A DNA stretch of 64,000 nucleotides from Bacteroidota bacterium. GTDB lineage: Bacteria > Bacteroidota > Bacteroidia > UKL13-3. This document shows positions 10,192-19,059 of this stretch, in pieces (within the stretch, counting starts at the first letter, position 1; the number at the start of each line of letters is the position of its first letter). Made by a program: the position numbers and the translations under genes. Below the pieces are notes generated by a model, which saw only the letters and a program-made list of their open reading frames with translations, made no database searches and had not been told where the DNA came from. The DNA lies in assembly GCA_947457395.1 (NCBI GenBank), contig CANGVA010000003.1:78825-142824 (forward strand), given 5' to 3'.

Positions 10192-10194
10192 ATC

Positions 10195-10890
10195 ATGATT
10201 AGAATATTACTGGTAGAAGATGAAGAACATCTTTATCATGCCCTAAAACTTAATCTAGAACTGGAGGGGTACACCGTAGTGCTTGCAACAGACGGGAATA
10301 GCGCAGTGAAAGCATTTAGAGAGCAGAAGTTTGACTTGGTTATTCTTGATATTATGCTTCCTGAAATGAATGGACTGATGGTATGTGAGCACATCAGACT
10401 TCACGATAACGATGTACCAGTACTTTTTCTTTCGGCCAAGAATACACCTGCCGATCGTATACAAGGATTGCGTAAAGGCGCAGATGATTATTTAACCAAA
10501 CCTTTTGATTTAGAAGAGTTGCTGCTACGGGTAAAAAAGTTAATTGAGAAAAGTCAAAAATATCAGCACGTTGAAGCAGGCAAGCTAGCTTCTGTATATA
10601 CATTTGGTAAGAACAAAATAAATTTTGAAAGTTATGAGGCCGTTGGAGTAAATGGAAGAGTAGATTTAACCAAAAAAGAAATATTGCTTATGAAGTTGCT
10701 TATCGAGAATAAAAATCAGGTTGTAAGCAGAGAGCATATTCTAAAAGTAGTTTGGGATTACACGGTTATACCTAATACACGTACAATCGACAATTTTATT
10801 CTTGCACTAAGAAAATATTTTGAAGACGATCCAAGAAATCCTCGTTATATTTTATCACAAAGAGGTGTTGGATACAAATTTGTTGATTAA
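10195..10890 (+). CDS. OmpR-family response regulator (receiver + winged-helix DNA-binding domain)
   Basis: MIRILLVEDEEHL...FDLVILDIMLPEMNGL...KPF; C-terminal LSQRGVGYKF winged helix. Confidence 0.9.
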   Translation: MIRILLVEDEEHLYHALKLNLELEGYTVVLATDGNSAVKAFREQKFDLVILDIMLPEMNGLMVCEHIRLHDNDVPVLFLSAKNTPADRIQGLRKGADDYLTKPFDLEELLLRVKKLIEKSQKYQHVEAGKLASVYTFGKNKINFESYEAVGVNGRVDLTKKEILLMKLLIENKNQVVSREHILKVVWDYTVIPNTRTIDNFILALRKYFEDDPRNPRYILSQRGVGYKFVD

Positions 10891-10891
10891 A

Positions 10892-11248
10892 TTAAAACGG
10901 CCACCAGCGAGGCTTGTCAGATTTTATTCCAATATATACTCCGTCTTTTCTTAACTCTGTCGGATACGTTTCTACATAATCTCCCTGCATTCCTTTACCT
11001 GTTTTGGCATCGTATTTATATCTGTGAACCGGGCAAACCACCATTCCTCTCTCACACCAGCCACCCATACCAAATCGTGCTCCGGCATGCGGACATTTAT
11101 CATCAACTGCAAAATAACCTAGCTCTGTTCGGGCCATGCATAATCGCTTACCGTCAATTTCAATGGTACGAGTTGTATTGAGTTGCTGCGGTTCTGCACC
11201 ATGCTTACTAAAATCATATACTTTATACCAGATAATTCTTTTACTCAT
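10892..11248 (-). CDS. Rieske [2Fe-2S] domain protein (NirD-like small ferredoxin subunit)
   Basis: Two Rieske boxes, CPHAGARF and CPVHRYKYD. Confidence 0.75.
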   Translation of the reverse strand: MSKRIIWYKVYDFSKHGAEPQQLNTTRTIEIDGKRLCMARTELGYFAVDDKCPHAGARFGMGGWCERGMVVCPVHRYKYDAKTGKGMQGDYVETYPTELRKDGVYIGIKSDKPRWWPF

Positions 11249-11250
11249 GG

Positions 11251-11697
11251 TTATTGTTGAAGCGGTGTTAAGATGAGTTTCATTTGCATGCTCGACTGGT
11301 CATTTTTCATTATTAGAATGAGCGTATCATTAATGAGCTTTTCAATTGGTATAATCTTATCTGTTTTTTTGCCTTCTTTCTCCGTAATAAAACGAATGGA
11401 TTTTCCTTCCAGCTCCCATTTTCCTTCTGTTTTGGCTACCGCATTGCCGGTTAGGTAACTGCCATCATCATTAAATACATGGATATTTTTTTTGAGTACA
11501 TCGGTTATCAGCGTTTTTGTTACCTCTTGCATATTACCTTGCAGGGTATCACTTTGAACCAGCGATTGTGATTCATTCATAAAAACAACATCACTTACCT
11601 GCCAGGCTTGGCAAAGCATCTTTTCCTGCTTATTGCTGCATGAAATCATATACATGCATGCAATGCAGCATGTCCATAGTATTATGTTCTTTACCAT
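11251..11697 (-). CDS. Hypothetical lipoprotein
   Basis: Signal with lipobox-like MYMISCSNK; co-directional with and 2 nt upstream of the Rieske gene. Confidence 0.5.
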   Translation of the reverse strand: MVKNIILWTCCIACMYMISCSNKQEKMLCQAWQVSDVVFMNESQSLVQSDTLQGNMQEVTKTLITDVLKKNIHVFNDDGSYLTGNAVAKTEGKWELEGKSIRFITEKEGKKTDKIIPIEKLINDTLILIMKNDQSSMQMKLILTPLQQ

Positions 11698-11732
11698 ATT
11701 TAAATGTGAATATTAAATCTCCTCAAAAAAAG

Positions 11733-11740
11733 TATTTTTG
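11733..11740 (+). promoter_or_regulatory. Candidate Bacteroidota -7 promoter element (TAnnTTTG) upstream of pgk
   Basis: tatttttg lies ~30 bp upstream of the pgk ATG. No clear -33 TTTG partner was found. Confidence 0.25.
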
Positions 11741-11769
11741 CCCAACTTTTACATAAATAATTTATTGCC

Positions 11770-12984
11770 ATGCAAACTGTTGATCATATCTCATTTACAG
11801 GGAAAAAAGCCCTTATTCGTGTTGATTTTAATGTTCCGCTTGATAAAAAAACATATGAGATCACAGATGATGCGCGTATAAGGGCAACCATACCTACAAT
11901 AAAAAAAATTTTGGCAGATGGCGGCTCATGCATCCTCATGTCACACCTCGGCAGACCTCTCAAAAAATTAAAGGAAGATGGCTCTGTTGATTATGATAAA
12001 CATACACTGAAGCATACCGTTAACCGCACTGCTGAGTTGTTGGGGGTTCCGGTAAAATTTGCTGAAGATTGCATGGGCCAACAAACAGCACAAATGGCAG
12101 CAGCATTGAAACCGGGAGAGGTATTACTTCTTGAAAACGTGAGATTATATAAGGAAGAGGAAAAAGGAGATGTTGAGTTTGCACGCAAGCTGTCTTCCTA
12201 CGGAGATGTATATGTAAATGATGCATTTGGAACAGCTCACCGAGCCCATGCATCTACTACAGTAGTTGCGCAATTTTTTCCTAAAGCCAAATGCTTTGGT
12301 TATGTAATGGCCAGAGAAATTGAAAATGCCGAGAAAGTGATGAAAAACGCAGCCAGACCTTTTACCGCCATTACAGGTGGTGCAAAAGTTTCCGATAAAC
12401 TTCTCATATTGAATAATCTAATAGACCGGGTTGATAACCTTATTATTGGCGGTGGTATGGCATATACTTTTTTAAAGGCAATGGGATATGAGATTGGTTC
12501 CTCTTTATGTGAGGATGATAGATTGGATTTGTGTTTATCATTGATTAAAAAGGCAGAAAGCAAGGGCGTAAAACTGTTGCTGCCGGAAGATTCAGTTGTG
12601 GCTGATGCCTTCTCTAACGATGCCAACCATAAAGTATGTGATAATAAAATGATTGAAAAAGGCTGGATGGGCCTGGATATTGGGCCAAAGGCCATCGAGG
12701 CAAATAACGCAGTTATCAGGGCTTCAAAAACCATTTTATGGAACGGGCCAATGGGTGTGTTTGAAATGAGTAATTATGAAAAAGGTACTAAAGCAGCAGC
12801 CATTGCAGTTGCTCAGGCAACCGATGATGGTGCTTTCTCACTTATAGGTGGGGGAGATAGTGCCGCAGCAGTTGCTAAATTCGGTTTTGAAAGCAAAGTA
12901 AGTTATGTTTCTACAGGAGGAGGCGCATTGCTTGAGTATTTTGAAGGTAAGGAGTTGCCGGGTATAAAAGCCATTCTTAATTAA
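11770..12984 (+). CDS. pgk: Phosphoglycerate kinase
   Basis: Full-length PGK signature: [34 protein letters not shown]. Confidence 0.95.
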   Translation: MQTVDHISFTGKKALIRVDFNVPLDKKTYEITDDARIRATIPTIKKILADGGSCILMSHLGRPLKKLKEDGSVDYDKHTLKHTVNRTAELLGVPVKFAEDCMGQQTAQMAAALKPGEVLLLENVRLYKEEEKGDVEFARKLSSYGDVYVNDAFGTAHRAHASTTVVAQFFPKAKCFGYVMAREIENAEKVMKNAARPFTAITGGAKVSDKLLILNNLIDRVDNLIIGGGMAYTFLKAMGYEIGSSLCEDDRLDLCLSLIKKAESKGVKLLLPEDSVVADAFSNDANHKVCDNKMIEKGWMGLDIGPKAIEANNAVIRASKTILWNGPMGVFEMSNYEKGTKAAAIAVAQATDDGAFSLIGGGDSAAAVAKFGFESKVSYVSTGGGALLEYFEGKELPGIKAILN

Positions 12985-13005
12985 AGTACTAAGTTGTTCC
13001 GATAA

Positions 13006-13368
13006 ATGCTAAACCTACTCAGATATAAATATGCAATGCTCTGGGCAGGATTTATTTTGTTTGCAACCATTGCCAATACAGGTACATTGGAGCAATTAAG
13101 TTTAGATAGTTTATTTGCTTTTGATAAACCCATACATCTGATTTTGTTTGCTGTTCAAACCCATTTAATCATTATTGCACAGGCATCACCAGTTAAACAA
13201 CAAATCAGAATTGCTGCTGCAATTGCCGGAGTTTACGGTATTTTAACCGAAGTAATGCAGGGATGGCTAACACTGAGCCGTACATTTGATTACTTTGATA
13301 TGCTGGCTGATTTTATTGGTTGTCTGTTGCTATACATCTGGCACATGCGTAAGCTTAAAAAAGTATGA
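13006..13368 (+). CDS. Hypothetical small membrane protein (possibly VanZ-like)
   Basis: Three or four hydrophobic segments; stop overlaps the next start (ATGA at 13365). Confidence 0.4.
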   Translation: MLNLLRYKYAMLWAGFILFATIANTGTLEQLSLDSLFAFDKPIHLILFAVQTHLIIIAQASPVKQQIRIAAAIAGVYGILTEVMQGWLTLSRTFDYFDMLADFIGCLLLYIWHMRKLKKV

Positions 13369-14009
13369 GCACGCATTATATTCAGGTTAAAAAAACTGCA
13401 CGGTATTTTACCATCGGTACAATACAACCAGGTACCACAGAGGTTTGGTTTGTTTTACACGGATATGCCCAGCTGGCAGCAGATTTTATTAAACACTTTG
13501 AATGCCTTGATAATAGTCATCGCCTGATTATTGCCCCTGAAGGTCTGAATAAATTTTATGCCAAAGGCTTTGGAGGGAAGCCTGCCGCATCGTGGATGAC
13601 AAGTGAAGACCGCATCCATGAAATAGCGGATTATATTGACTACCTGAATCAGCTTTCTGAATCTCTTAAACTGCCATCTAGCAGTATCAAAGTTATACTA
13701 CTGGGTTTTTCTCAGGGAGTTGCAACAGCCTCCAGGTGGGTGGCTAGCGGCAGTGTTTCATTTGATCATTTCATTGTATGTTCCGGTGAAATTGCGGCCG
13801 AGATGCAGCAACCTGTGCACCCCATGTTATTAAAAACTCCGATAACATATATTACCGGTAATGCAGATAAATTAATTTCGCAAGAAAAGCTTCAGGCGTA
13901 TACCAAACTTATGAAAGCTTTGAATGCCCGTATCATTACTTTTGAGGGTGGACATGTCATTGATGAGCAGAGTGTGCTGCAGGTGGCTAATAATGGATTT
14001 GCACAATAA
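13365..14009 (+). CDS. Alpha/beta hydrolase, phospholipase/carboxylesterase family
   Basis: Nucleophile elbow LLGFSQGVATA (GFSQG); size and layout match the PF02230-type esterases. Confidence 0.7.
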   Translation: MSTHYIQVKKTARYFTIGTIQPGTTEVWFVLHGYAQLAADFIKHFECLDNSHRLIIAPEGLNKFYAKGFGGKPAASWMTSEDRIHEIADYIDYLNQLSESLKLPSSSIKVILLGFSQGVATASRWVASGSVSFDHFIVCSGEIAAEMQQPVHPMLLKTPITYITGNADKLISQEKLQAYTKLMKALNARIITFEGGHVIDEQSVLQVANNGFAQ

Positions 14010-14051
14010 CTTTCACAAGCTTACTTTTACGGCTGATAACATTTTTATATC

Positions 14052-14798
14052 ATGACACTTTTAACTGGAAAAAATGCATTGGTAACAGGTGCCACCAGAG
14101 GCATTGGCAAGGGTATAGCACTTAAACTTGCACAACAAGGAGCAAATATCGCTTTTACGTTTGTTAGTTCTGTAGAAAAAGCAAGGGCTTTTGAAGCCGA
14201 ATTGGCTGCACTTGGAGTAAAAGCAAGAGGTTTTCAAAGTAATGCAGCAGAGTTTGCTGAAGCGGATAAAATTGTAGATGAAATTGTGAAGGATTTCGGA
14301 TCACTGGATATATTGGTAAATAACGCTGGTATTACCCGTGATGGTTTGCTCATGCGAATGACAGAACAGCAATGGGACGAAGTTATGAATACTAACTTAA
14401 AATCAGCTTTTGCATTAACCAAATCCGCTATGCGCCCGATGATGAAGGCCAAGGCAGGTTCTATTATCAATATTACATCTGTTGTAGGCATTACCGGTAA
14501 TGCAGGACAGGCTAATTATGCTGCTTCTAAAGCCGGGATGATTGGATTTACCAAATCTGTTGCCAAGGAGCTAGGATCACGCAATATTCGCTGCAATGCC
14601 ATTGCTCCCGGTTTTATTGAAACCGAAATGACAGAGGCTTTAACAGCAGAGGTTCGTGCAGAGTGGACCAAAGGCATTGCGCTGAAGCGTGGCGGATCTC
14701 CTGAAGATGTGGCAAATTGTGTACTATTCCTTGCATCCGATCTCTCAGCTTATATCAGCGGCCAAACCATCAATGTTTGTGGTGGTATGGTTATGTAA
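14052..14798 (+). CDS. fabG: 3-oxoacyl-[acyl-carrier-protein] reductase (SDR)
   Basis: TGATRGIGKGIA, NNAGITRD, YAASKAG, IAPGFIETEMT; high collinearity with FabG. Confidence 0.8.
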   Translation: MTLLTGKNALVTGATRGIGKGIALKLAQQGANIAFTFVSSVEKARAFEAELAALGVKARGFQSNAAEFAEADKIVDEIVKDFGSLDILVNNAGITRDGLLMRMTEQQWDEVMNTNLKSAFALTKSAMRPMMKAKAGSIINITSVVGITGNAGQANYAASKAGMIGFTKSVAKELGSRNIRCNAIAPGFIETEMTEALTAEVRAEWTKGIALKRGGSPEDVANCVLFLASDLSAYISGQTINVCGGMVM

Positions 14799-14821
14799 TG
14801 GATTTTTGCTAAAGCAAGTTC

Positions 14822-16915
14822 ATGTTTCTAAGCACTGAATTATCTGCATGGCTTATTATTCCTTCATTGCTGGTTGCAATAACCGGTGCATGGATTTTAT
14901 ACCGTAATCATAAATTTGAATTTACTGACAGGTTCTCGCGCTGGTTAGATAAGCTTTTATTGTTTATAAGATTTGCAGGACTTTTTATTCTTTGTTTACT
15001 CATCCTTGGCCCGCTATTTAAATGGATATCTTCCAAAACAGAAAAACCTTATATCATTCTTGCGCTGGATAATTCTCAGTCTGTTTTAGCGGTGAAAGAT
15101 TCGGCTAAGGTAAGACAGGCCATTGTAAAATGGAGAGACGAATTGACCGAAGAACTTGAATCTGATTTTGAGGTACGCACTTTTTTATTCGGAAAAAAAA
15201 TGAGTGCAGGTATTCAACCGGATTTTAATGATAAGCAAACGGATATAGCAAATGTATTTAAGGAGATTAATCAAACATTTGATTGGAGAAATACAGGTGC
15301 AGTGGTTCTGGCAACAGATGGTATTTATAATGAAGGTAGTAACCCATTATATGCAGCGGCTGATCTGCGATCGCCAGTTTATGCTGTTGCATTGGGAGAT
15401 ACCGTTCAGCAAAGAGATATCATTATTCAGCAGGTTAGGCACAACCAATTAGTTTATGCAGGTAATATTTTTCCTTTAAGTATTGATCTGCGTGCCTTTG
15501 GATACCAGGGTGCTGCAGCAACCCTAAATGTTAAACACAACGAGCAGGTCATACATAGCAAAGTTATCAATATAGACCGGAGGCAATTTTTTAATACCAT
15601 TCAGCTTGATGTTGAAGCTGGGAAGGAGGGAACACAGCATTACATTATTACAGTTACACCGCTGAGAGGTGAAGCCTCAATTGCAAACAACCGCTATGAT
15701 GTGTTTGTGCAGGTAATAAACGGAAAGCAAAAGATTAAGATTGTTGCATTGGCTTCTCATCCTGATATAGCTGCGCTGCGTAACAGCATAACAGATAATG
15801 AGAATTATGAAGTCAGTGTGCAGTTTGTCAATCAAAATGAAGCAATAAACCTAACTAAAGATATCAGTTTGATGGTATTGCATCAACTACCGGGTCCGCG
15901 TGGCGAAGGTGCTATGCTTATGCGTCAAATCAATGATCAGAAAATTCCTGTTTGGTATATTTTGGGTTCGCAAACCAATCTTTCTATATGGAACCAAATA
16001 GAGAATGGTTTAGTAATAGAATCGGGCCGAATGGGTAGCAATGATGCCCAGCCTATAGTTCAGAATACATTCGCATCGTTTATCTTAAGCACGGAAGATG
16101 CAGAAAGAATTTCAAAATTTCCGCCATTGCTTACACCTTTTGGTAATTATATCATCCGATCAGAGGCAGATGTATTACTCAAACAGCAAATAGGTTATGT
16201 AAAGACAGATTATCCATTGTGGTTTTTTACCAGATCAGAAGGCGTTAGAAAAGGATTTGTTTGCGGAGAGGGGATATGGAAATGGCGGTTGTGGGATTAT
16301 CAGCAAAGTAAACAGCAAACGTTTAATGCACTTATTGGCAAAACAGTTCAATATCTTGCTGTGAAAGACGATAAAGGACGATTCAGAGTAAATCACCATA
16401 AAAGATTTAGTGAGGCTGAATCTGTGATATTTGATGCCGAAGTTTATAATGAAAGCTTTGAACTTATCAATACATCAGATGTACAGATGGTTATTACTGA
16501 TAGCAGAGACAAACAATTTCAGTATACATTCAGTAAAAACGGAAAAGGTTATCAGTTAAATGCAGGGTTAATGCCTCCCGGAAGCTATAGCTTTATAGCA
16601 AAAACCTTAGCCGGCAATAAAAACGAAACAGTAAAGGGCCAGTTTGTTGTTGCCCCCCTTCAGGTAGAGTTTCTTCAAACTACAGCCGATCATCAGCTAT
16701 TACGTGAGCTTTCCTCACAATCTGGAGCCGCATTATTTTACCTGACAGAACCCAAACAACTTGCTAAAGCCATAAGGGATAATGAGAATATTAAACCGGT
16801 AGTTTATAAACAGGAAGAAATTAAAAACTGGATTAATCTGAATTGGATTTTCTTTTTGATCATTGCTCTATTTGGTGTGGAGTGGTTTATCAGAAAATGG
16901 AACGGTGCGATATAA
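14822..16915 (+). CDS. VWA-domain membrane protein (N-terminal TM helices, MIDAS-containing vWA domain, C-terminal TM)
   Basis: ILALDNSQSV (DxSxS MIDAS motif) follows two N-terminal TM helices. C-terminal hydrophobic segment WIFFLIIALFGVEWFI. Confidence 0.6.
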   Translation: MFLSTELSAWLIIPSLLVAITGAWILYRNHKFEFTDRFSRWLDKLLLFIRFAGLFILCLLILGPLFKWISSKTEKPYIILALDNSQSVLAVKDSAKVRQAIVKWRDELTEELESDFEVRTFLFGKKMSAGIQPDFNDKQTDIANVFKEINQTFDWRNTGAVVLATDGIYNEGSNPLYAAADLRSPVYAVALGDTVQQRDIIIQQVRHNQLVYAGNIFPLSIDLRAFGYQGAAATLNVKHNEQVIHSKVINIDRRQFFNTIQLDVEAGKEGTQHYIITVTPLRGEASIANNRYDVFVQVINGKQKIKIVALASHPDIAALRNSITDNENYEVSVQFVNQNEAINLTKDISLMVLHQLPGPRGEGAMLMRQINDQKIPVWYILGSQTNLSIWNQIENGLVIESGRMGSNDAQPIVQNTFASFILSTEDAERISKFPPLLTPFGNYIIRSEADVLLKQQIGYVKTDYPLWFFTRSEGVRKGFVCGEGIWKWRLWDYQQSKQQTFNALIGKTVQYLAVKDDKGRFRVNHHKRFSEAESVIFDAEVYNESFELINTSDVQMVITDSRDKQFQYTFSKNGKGYQLNAGLMPPGSYSFIAKTLAGNKNETVKGQFVVAPLQVEFLQTTADHQLLRELSSQSGAALFYLTEPKQLAKAIRDNENIKPVVYKQEEIKNWINLNWIFFLIIALFGVEWFIRKWNGAI

Positions 16916-16920
16916 CTGGG

Positions 16921-17643
16921 CTATAAACTCATCATTTCTTTAAATTTTACTGATTGCCTCCGCGAAACCTCAACCTTGGTTCCGTCTTTCATTAGGATAA
17001 TAAAACCCGCATTAAAAAATGGCTCAATCTTATCTATATAACGAAGGTTAATAATCTGCTGGCGGTTGGCTCTGAAAAACATACTTGGCGATAATCTTTC
17101 GTCAAGCGCATTGAGAGTTTTATGAATGAGTGGGTGGTATTCATCGAAATAAATTTTTGCATAGTTACCTGCTGATTCTATCACCCTGATATTTTCCAGT
17201 TTTACAAACCAGCATTTTTCCCCATCTCGGATGAATACCTGATCTTTATCTCCTAACTGATTTTTCTGGCTATCGGCAGAAATATCGGCAAGTTCTTTAT
17301 TAACACGCGCAATACCATCTCTTAATCTTTCCGTTTGTATTGGTTTCAGCAAATAATCCAATGCATTAACCTCAAATGCTTTGATGGCAAACTCATTATA
17401 AGCAGTTGTAAAGATTACACATGGTGTATCTATGAGTTCTTCTAGTAGTGCAAAGCCATTTTTTTCGGGCATCTCAATATCCAGAAAAAGTAAGTGCGGT
17501 TTAAGTCTTTCTATCAACTCAACTGCTTCATCGGCATTTCCCGCTTCACCTATAACATCAATTTCAGGAAAATCCTTAAGTAGATTTTTAAGGCCTTCGC
17601 GGGCTAGTCTTTCATCGTCTACAATAATTGTTTTAATGCTCAT
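16921..17643 (-). CDS. LytTR-family response regulator
   Basis: Receiver domain (IIVDDERLAREGL...LFLDIEMP) plus a C-terminal LytTR DNA-binding domain. Confidence 0.85.
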   Translation of the reverse strand: MSIKTIIVDDERLAREGLKNLLKDFPEIDVIGEAGNADEAVELIERLKPHLLFLDIEMPEKNGFALLEELIDTPCVIFTTAYNEFAIKAFEVNALDYLLKPIQTERLRDGIARVNKELADISADSQKNQLGDKDQVFIRDGEKCWFVKLENIRVIESAGNYAKIYFDEYHPLIHKTLNALDERLSPSMFFRANRQQIINLRYIDKIEPFFNAGFIILMKDGTKVEVSRRQSVKFKEMMSL

Positions 17644-18668
17644 GCAGGTAAAATTATTTCAGTAAGTACCGTATTGTTTGCTGTATTTGAAATTCCAAAA
17701 CTTGCTTTTTCATCAAATAAAATCTTTAGCCTTTCAATGGTATTGACTAAGCCTACACCCTGATGGTAGGCTTTAGGCTGATAGACACCTGTGTTTTCAA
17801 TACTGATGTGTAAATGATTACCAAGTCGTTTGGCTGACAGGTTGATGATTCCGCCTTCTTTGCTTGCTGAGATGCCATGTTTAACAGCATTTTCAACAAG
17901 CGTTTGCAGCATCAATGGCGGAACCATACATAGCATGGCTTCTTCTGTAGTTTGTAATACAAATTTTAGTCTTGTATCAAAACGTATGGTTTCTATAGCT
18001 ATATAATCTTTAACCGTTTGCAATTCATCTGCTAGTGATACTGTTTTTTGATTGCCTTTATGAAGTGAACTGCGCAACAAACCGGAAAGTTGATTTATTG
18101 CGTTTTTAGCCATTTCAGGGTTTAAGTCAACCAGTGTACGGATGCTGTTTAATGAATTGAAAAGAAAATGCGGATTGAGTTGTGTTTTTAGGTTATTATA
18201 CTGTGTTTCTTTTACTGCAGCCTCAAGCTGGTAATAATCTCGCTCTGCTTTAAGTGAGCGTTCCCAATATTGAAATAGGTGATAGATGAGAACCCATAGC
18301 AGAACATATTTACCAAAATTGAAAAAGTATGGCATAACCAGTTCAAACGAAAGGGGTATTTCCTGGAATACGGGCAGCAAGAAACGATCTAAACCAATAT
18401 TACTGATTGATAAAACAACCGTCATTACTGCAATAGCCCAGATTAGTCTGGGTATGAGTTTATAAAGTGGCAGTGCCAGCCAGTTTGTTTTAAGCAGAAA
18501 GTTGCGATATAAATGGGTGATGGCAACACCTAAAATTAAATTGATGGCACCGTTGATAAACAGATTTGAATGGTAGCCAAGTATGTTACCATAGCTAATG
18601 ATTTCAATAACATTAAAAAGTGTCCATCCACCCAGTTGGCAATACCAATATAATCGAGCCTTGTTCAT
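17640..18668 (-). CDS. Sensor histidine kinase with N-terminal multi-TM sensor domain (LytS/His_kinase family)
   Basis: LNPHFLFNSLNSIRTL (His_kinase H-box) and a HATPase region. The ORF-track start at 18674 is TTG and the first ATG is at 18668. Overlaps the regulator gene by 4 nt. Confidence 0.8.
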   Translation of the reverse strand: MNKARLYWYCQLGGWTLFNVIEIISYGNILGYHSNLFINGAINLILGVAITHLYRNFLLKTNWLALPLYKLIPRLIWAIAVMTVVLSISNIGLDRFLLPVFQEIPLSFELVMPYFFNFGKYVLLWVLIYHLFQYWERSLKAERDYYQLEAAVKETQYNNLKTQLNPHFLFNSLNSIRTLVDLNPEMAKNAINQLSGLLRSSLHKGNQKTVSLADELQTVKDYIAIETIRFDTRLKFVLQTTEEAMLCMVPPLMLQTLVENAVKHGISASKEGGIINLSAKRLGNHLHISIENTGVYQPKAYHQGVGLVNTIERLKILFDEKASFGISNTANNTVLTEIILPA

Positions 18669-18675
18669 CCTCAAT

Positions 18676-18858
18676 TCAGACTTTTTTCTTTTCAGAAGAG
18701 GTGGGGAATCGATTTATCGGCCCGCCTAATGCAAGTTCTGCTGAGCAGTTTTGCTCTTTAACTGTGCAGTCTGCTTTTTCTTTCTTCTTTACTTTGGTGC
18801 ATGTCTTAAACTGAAATACTCCAAATCCCAGTATAATAATTGCGCTCATCAATTTCAT
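18676..18858 (-). CDS. Small hypothetical protein (60 aa) with an N-terminal hydrophobic segment and a Cys/Lys-rich tail, encoded immediately upstream of the LytS-like kinase
   Basis: MKLMSAIIILGFGVFQFKTCTKVKKKEKADCTVKEQNCS...; stop 1 nt from the 18674 alternative start of the kinase ORF. Coding status uncertain. Confidence 0.3.
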   Translation of the reverse strand: MKLMSAIIILGFGVFQFKTCTKVKKKEKADCTVKEQNCSAELALGGPINRFPTSSEKKKV

Positions 18859-19059
18859 AATTTTGGTGTTTTATGGTGTGGTAATTGATTTCGAAACTAA
18901 CAGATAATTTTTATTATTTAGTCGTTTTTCCGTTTTCGGCAACATTATCGGATAAACGGAAAAACCCCTGACTTTATTTTAGGTCAATTAAGGCTGCTTG
19001 TGGAGAATGGAATTTGATTGACACGCAATTACATGCCATTTTTGAAAGAAAAGACCCCT

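Noticed and set aside
11733-11740. Attempted to call Bacteroidota TTTG/TAnnTTTG promoters upstream of most operons
   Set aside because: Only isolated partial matches were found (for example tatttttg before pgk and before 7021). Without the paired -33 element most were too weak to report.
18925-18964. Hairpin considered as an intrinsic terminator
   Set aside because: There is no U-tract immediately 3' of the stem on either strand.
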